Shown here: positions 57,766-64,000 of the stretch, one piece after another
How the letters are laid out: each line of letters begins with the position of its first letter
Position numbering within the stretch: the first letter of the stretch is position 1
Assembly (NCBI GenBank): GCA_040954595.2
Contig: CM082594.2
Location: 9,800,296 to 9,864,295, forward strand
Direction: 5' to 3'
DNA length: 64,000 nt
Source: Balanoglossus misakiensis
Lineage: Eukaryota; Animalia; Hemichordata
Notes under the pieces: model-generated
What the model was told of the DNA's origin: nothing
Seen by the model: the letters and a program-made list of their open reading frames with translations, nothing else
Database searches by the model: none
Translations under genes and position numbers: made by a program

Positions 57766-59705
57766 TTAATTCCAAGTTTTTTGCTAAACATCACTTCAGT
57801 TATAAAGTTAAAATTCTACTGCTGTAGTATTTTGTAAACAAGGTGAAGTCACATTGTTTTTAAACTGTAATATGCAAATAAGTCTGCAAATCAAGTCTGT
57901 CTAGTCATTTACAAAACTTGCAACAACGTTATTCTGCTGATGAGAAAACTTGTGTGAAGTTGGAAAAACAAAAGAAATGCAGAAAATGGGCAACAGTGGT
58001 GCTGTAAAATTAACAGTAGCTGTCTGATTAATATTCCTCAAACGTGTGGTTTCTTTCTTCATTAACATGCAACTTAAATTAAATGCTGTGTGCTTTTTAA
58101 CATGCATCAGTTTGCTTTGGAGTGGTACTAACATCCTGGCTAGTTTAAAGAAAAAAAAGACAAACAAAACCATTTGAATTGCCTCTGAAAATTACCATCT
58201 AATTTTCTTCCAGAAATCTTTTGAGGGGCATAATGTGGATGTATCGATATGGTCCTTTGCGATTTTGCGAGTTGTCATGGCAGCTGCCACCAGATGATGC
58301 GATCCGGTCTTTTTTCTCAATCCCCTCATACTATTAATTCTATCTGTTAGCGGAGATCATGACCTTTGAAATTTAATATACTGATTTTATAGTGTACAAA
58401 ACAGTATGCATGTGAATTAGGAGATTGTTTTTTGAAATCAGTGAACTGGTGGGAAAGATCAAAAAGAATGACTTTATACCTTTCGAATGATGTGCAATAA
58501 ATGAAAATTAATTTGATGATAATGATTTATACAGTGTACATGATGTATGGTAATGACAAAGACATCATCCAATGCGTCATGACTTCACTCAAATAGCTAT
58601 GTACAGCTTATTCTGAATCAGAATTGAGTCTGAATTGTTTTGGGTTGTACCCATGGAATCCATGTATGAACTCATTTCCGTACTCTTTTTGACCATCTGA
58701 GCAAATACTGGTTCTAAAAGGGGAGCATTAAAACCCCCAATGATTGACCAGCTTTGGTGCCAACAAATGATATGTGATCTCATTATACATGCATTTTAAT
58801 TTTTTACCTTAACGTCAACACAGAGATGGTAGACATTTTGAATTTCAAATTTGAGACAATTTTGCTCTCTCATACAACAGTCCACACTATGACCCCAATT
58901 TTTAATCTCAATTTTAAGAGAGAATAATGTAAAGATACCTTGAGCAAATATTTTGGCAGTCTCTCAGACTTTTCTTCTGTATTATGGGTATTGAACAACA
59001 TGTGGAGTGTATTATTTTATTTGCATGATGAATTGTTAGTCATCAATACTTTTACACTTGGGCTGGATAACTTTTGCTTGGTACATCAGTTACATGTGGA
59101 TTGCAATAAAACGTCAATGGTATTAAATTTTATTTTTATGTTGTCCTTATTTTTTTCATTTAAAATTAATTACCCTTGATCAATATTTACTCCTGTTTGT
59201 CTGTGCATAAGCCATTGAAAACAAAATGTCATCTGAATTTCAGTCAGGTCGATTTCCTATGTATGTCAGAAAAGTCATTTAATTGTAGCCATGGCTTCTG
59301 ATATCTGTCGAAAAAATCAAATCTCATTAGGTGATATCTTGATTCTCATTCTTGCAAAGGGAATTAATATGCTACAGAGAATCTCCTTAAGTAGACACAC
59401 CTAATTGTCCCAGTGTTCCTCATTTCTCCTTTATCAGCAGCAACACATCTCAAAAAGCAGAGAGACAGTTTTACCATCAGAGAACTTGACATCAAGTATT
59501 GTAACTCAGGGAAAACTGGAATGAAATCTGTGGCAGGATAAGGAAGGATGTGTCAAACAAGTGTGTGTTGCAGCAGTTTGGGACTGGCTGTAATTCTGAT
59601 GGTCAAAACAGGTGAGTCAGTTGATTAGTCATTTACTTGACCACATCAACACAAGTCTTCATGGTGAAAAGTTCCTAGACATGTTGTGACATCCTAATCA
59701 TTTAA

Positions 59706-60019
59706 AGGTCCATAAGTCGTAACTTTTCGCTATGTTTTCAGTATGTATGTTTTGTGAATCTACTGCAGTTTCTTGTTCAAATCCCAGAATCGTGACAAAA
59801 TACCCTGTTTATAGTCAGCACTGTTATTGTGCAAAATTTTAAGTCTGGACTGAAATTCATTTGTCAACAATTAAAATGGCCGTTACACATATACAGGCTA
59901 TGTTGACATGCAGAGTACTGGGTATATTAGCATGCGGTTTGGAATAGAACAAGAAATTGCATTTGGTACACCGAACAAATATGTTGAAAATAAAGCCAAA
60001 AGTAACGGCTTGTGTCCCT
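59706..60019. mobile_element. MITE with TTAA target duplication (Kolobok-like AGG..CCT termini)
   Basis: Left ttaa-AGGTCCATAAGTCGTAACTTTT versus reverse complement of the right end ttaa-AGGGACACAAGCCGTTACTTTT: imperfect 22-bp TIR flanked by TTAA on both sides. Confidence 0.72.
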
Positions 60020-63000
60020 TTAAAGAGCCCAGTGTGTTTTTAATGGACACACCAGTCTATCAATCGGACAATCCAACAAACCACCGTTTACAATCAAACC
60101 TGTAGTGACCACCTCTATATAGTGGACACTTGTCTGTAGTGGTCAGTTTGTTACATATTTTCACCACTGTTGTTGAAAACAATTCTGGTTGAATTTGAGC
60201 ATAAAAAACAAAAGCAATATTGAAACAAGCATAGGTGGCAGTAGCAGATGAGATGGGAATGTACCATCATCGCCATGGCAATTTGAAATGAGCAGCAGTA
60301 GTGAGAAATGACTGAAAATTACCCATGGTGCTTTGCAGTACAACCCACACTGCCTGGCCTGCTAATCAAATTAATTATTGTAAAGCTTTTTGGGAACATC
60401 ATTGTCATAGACAGTAGAGTGGAATATCGCGTATGTTTCGTACCCAGAATTAAAAAACAAAGGTTATAGAATTCAGAGCACATGATACAACATTCCTTGG
60501 ATAGGTCATAGCTGACCTTGATCTTACAAGAACTGATGAATACTGAATAGTGTAGGAGTGATGGAGAGACTCATCAAAACAGCTGTAGCGTTGTGACATG
60601 CATGAAGATGATAAGAATACTGCTTTAATGACTGACTTTCAAAACTTAATTTAGACACATTGAGGAATACATGAATACTACATTAAAGATTGTACAATGA
60701 ACAGTAGACAAATGCAGATAGTAGTAAGGTCAAATTCTCATCTCTGATTTGTGCGAAATCTATAATATTTTAATTGACTTTGGTGGTTCATCCTATCGAG
60801 GGAGAACTACTTCGAAAACCCAGACATGTTAATTTCTTATGAGATTGAACAGCAAGAAAAGCACAAGAAAATTGTTTAAAAATTTTAAAATGTACTTGTG
60901 TTCGTGACGGTATCACATTTGTATACAAAGATAGCATCGCCATGACACAGTTAAACGTGATGTGCTTGCAAGCACGGTTAAGACAGAGCGCTGGTACATG
61001 TAATTACCATACAATCTTTATCTGAAGTCACATATTTAATTCATTGACACATTGTTTATTTGTGATCTGAAACAAATCAGAGAATAATCTGAAAAACAAT
61101 ACAAACAAAAAAATGGAAAAATGTGTTATCAACACAAGCATAACCTGTGGAACTTCAGTTAGATGAAACATTTTGTACATATAGAGAACCTTAGCATTAA
61201 ATTTATGGACAGGTGTCTGTCTGCAGAGAAATTAAATATAAATGTTGCCGTGGGTGAATTAGACAAAAAGCCCTAAATGTGCAAACTTATTTATGTTCAT
61301 CGATGTAACAGGTTTGTGAAACACGTTCATTCCAACTTAACTGTACTTGCCAGTAAATTATGGATGGTTTGAATAGATGATGTGTTGGGGGAGATTACAT
61401 GAAGTAATCAGTGACGTGAAAACATTCATGCTACAATTACTGCTCCGAATTAAGATAAAGCATGCAAAATGCGAATAGCTGATGCATGGAAATTGAGGTG
61501 TCAAGAATGAAGTGAGAAATATGGAATCTCTTTATTGTTTTTTTCTGGGAGTTCAAATTCTCAGCTTAACTTAAAAGGATATTTATTGCATGCCAGGAAA
61601 TCCACATAGGATGGATGATAGAAATTTTATGTGGTGGTTGTCCAGCCGCGAATCAAGAGTCTTTACTGGGGATTTCAATTTTGAAGTCTTGTGGGCAAGA
61701 TGTAGTCACTGCGACTGTTTATAATCAGTTCTATTCTGTGAAGCTATCATTTCTCAAGCATGATAAATGTATGGTTTTGGATTCATAAGACGTCATAGCT
61801 GACATCAGTGTAGAATCTGATTCTAAGGATTATCTCCACGCGTTCCCATTAAAAACTCCCCCACTGTATTTTATGCATGGGAATTATGCCTGTTTCTTCT
61901 GAATGCACACCACAGTTAGTCTCCAAATGCTTATATTTATAGTTGGCTTTGTATCGACCGCAATGGAATTCATTCCAAGAATTCAGATACTGCCATCAGT
62001 GGAACTGACAACACACTGGAAATCAGGAATGAAAATGTAGAACAGATTATTGCTGAAAGTGGCCATTTTGTGAACTCGTTCTAAAATTGATGGTAAACTT
62101 TGGTCACTATAATTTCAAGTATGCGACAGCTATGTCAATATTATGTACGTGTGTGTATTACTTGTTGAAGCTCTGAAGGAAAGGAAAAACGTCATTTATT
62201 GAGATTGTGAAAATAGCCTTGGGGGTTACAAATATACTGAAGTACCCTTGTGTTAATGACATACATGTACCTTGGTTAGTGTAAAGTTACACTACATAAT
62301 ATAATCAATACACTTCATAACAGACATAAGGAGTTTTCTAATATTCGCCGAGTCCCATGGGATTTTAGTTCACCAGCCTAGGACTAAGGTAGTATTGTCA
62401 GATTTGAATTCTGTTGCAGTGTTACAATGTTGGAATGTTAGAATCATAAAAATTTGTTTGGTTTGGTTTGGTTTACAAAATGATCTGTTTCTGTAGATAT
62501 GGACCACTTCTTGCTGGCAAAAACTGCTTTAAAAATGAATCTTTAACGTCAACCATTACAAAATGTGACAAGTGTGAATAATTGATCAATGTTAAATCTT
62601 AGCAGACACCGTAAGCAATATGAGCTGGACCGGGATTCAGAATCTGGCATTGACCAACAGTGTAATAGATGTGCCCATTCATTATTGATGACAAGGGACA
62701 GATTGAATCCCTCTCATCACAATTAAGCCGTGGAATACAAAATGAACAGGTCAAGAAGACTGACCTTTTGTAAAGATGGGTTGGGGCATTTTGTAATGGA
62801 TTGGAACAGGAAAGCCAATGCAAGCTATAAATGCTATTTTTTTTTGGGGGGGGGGGGGGGCGATTGTACTTTCTGAAGTAATCAGACTGCGTTGGCGGTA
62901 AGCAGTACTCGGTAGATAGCCAGCACGGTCAGTGATTGACAGCGTCAGGAGCATGAGGAGTAACTACGGTAACTTGACAAATGTGGGCCACGCTAAGAGT

Positions 63001-64000
63001 GGATTGTAACAGTCAACAAGCCATAAGGATGTTCATAGTAGCAATGTCAACACATTCTGTATAGAAATCATGACATGTCATCTATTCAGGCAGGGCGTCA
63101 GATTACGCTAACGTTTTCAAACACATCTGCTGAATTGTATTGACACACTGTCAAGAGGTGAATGGATGACAAAGATTACTTGTGTGGCTGTTAAAATCTA
63201 GGTGAATACCAAAATCAACAGAACATCTTCAAGGAGTTAGCAAAGCAAATATCCAATCTGACGTAGGACTTGGCTTATTCTGTGACAAGTTTGGAAAGTA
63301 CGCCCTGAATCAATGCAATCAAATCTTGTGTGTTGAAAGATGTTAACAAAATCAAATTGTATGAATGATAGCTGCCAATGGACTGTTTGTTTTGCAAGAC
63401 AACTGAAAGGAATTCATCTCAAAATGAGCACAATCTCTCTGATTAAAGGAAATAATACACAAAGTGACATAATTGCGTCTGTGCAGAAAAGCCAACACTC
63501 AGGCAGTTTTATAACAATTAAATTCATTAGGCATAGGGATAGCCTATCATCTAAATTGAAGAGGAACCTCTAGAATAGTCTTGTATTCTGTAGAATTGAA
63601 CTTGAAGCCTACCCTTCCAATTCATGTTCAATGCATAGATGTCATTTGACAAATGAATGAACAAAACCATTTGGCCACATCTCCACATCAAAATAAACAT
63701 GGTTGAATACCCAAGCAAGGATTTCAGTCTAAATTGAAAAAAGTCAGATTGAACAGAATATAGAAACCCAACCTCAAAATAAACACATCCAAGCTATGAT
63801 TTTCTGACAATTCAGACAATTTGACAAAAAGGGGAACTCAGAAACTATCACAATCATATAAGGCGTTGTGTTCATTCAATTGTTGATGGTGAGTAGGGAT
63901 CACATATAAATATTCTGCCGTCACTTAGACTAATATCATCACTACTCTTGCAGGAAAAGGTTTTCTGCTGCAATGGCATCTGTCACCTGGCAACACACTT

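Noticed and set aside
58000-63800. Long region with only short ORFs and a poly-G run (62845-62860)
   Set aside because: No coherent coding signal; likely intergenic or a large intron, apart from the MITE reported.
63816-64000. Plus-strand donor (GATG|gtgagt) and acceptor (ttgcag|GAAAAGG) pair at the window end
   Set aside because: The upstream segment has an in-frame stop and the downstream part is truncated by the window edge, so no gene call is possible.

Overview
Gene-dense, intron-rich AT-rich animal genomic DNA; the gene content and intron style suggest an invertebrate deuterostome (hemichordate/echinoderm-like, an inference). Spliced genes reconstructed by hand from GT-AG sites and motifs: cytoplasmic dynein-1 intermediate chain (-); an uncharacterised type-I membrane protein with a long disordered tail (+, head-to-head with the dynein gene); an ASIC-like DEG/ENaC channel (-); tetraspanin 13/31 (-); a SnoaL/NTF2-like small protein (+); a flavin monooxygenase (+); an NRF-6/OACYL acyltransferase (-); a MATE transporter (+); three 2-TM PPxY paralogues plus one internally duplicated 4-TM protein (+); and ACP6 (+). 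Several MITEs, a 31-bp-arm palindrome and microsatellites are present. Top leads: (1) a membrane protein with about seven LC8-type motifs sharing a divergent promoter with the dynein intermediate chain gene; (2) cryptic in-frame exons in the dynein gene that would give a truncated, hydrophobic-tailed isoform; (3) a contiguous SnoaL-FMO-acyltransferase-MATE block resembling a small-molecule gene cluster; (4) a tandem family of putative NEDD4-adaptor membrane proteins. No database searches were run, and exon boundaries are manual and may be off by a few bases.
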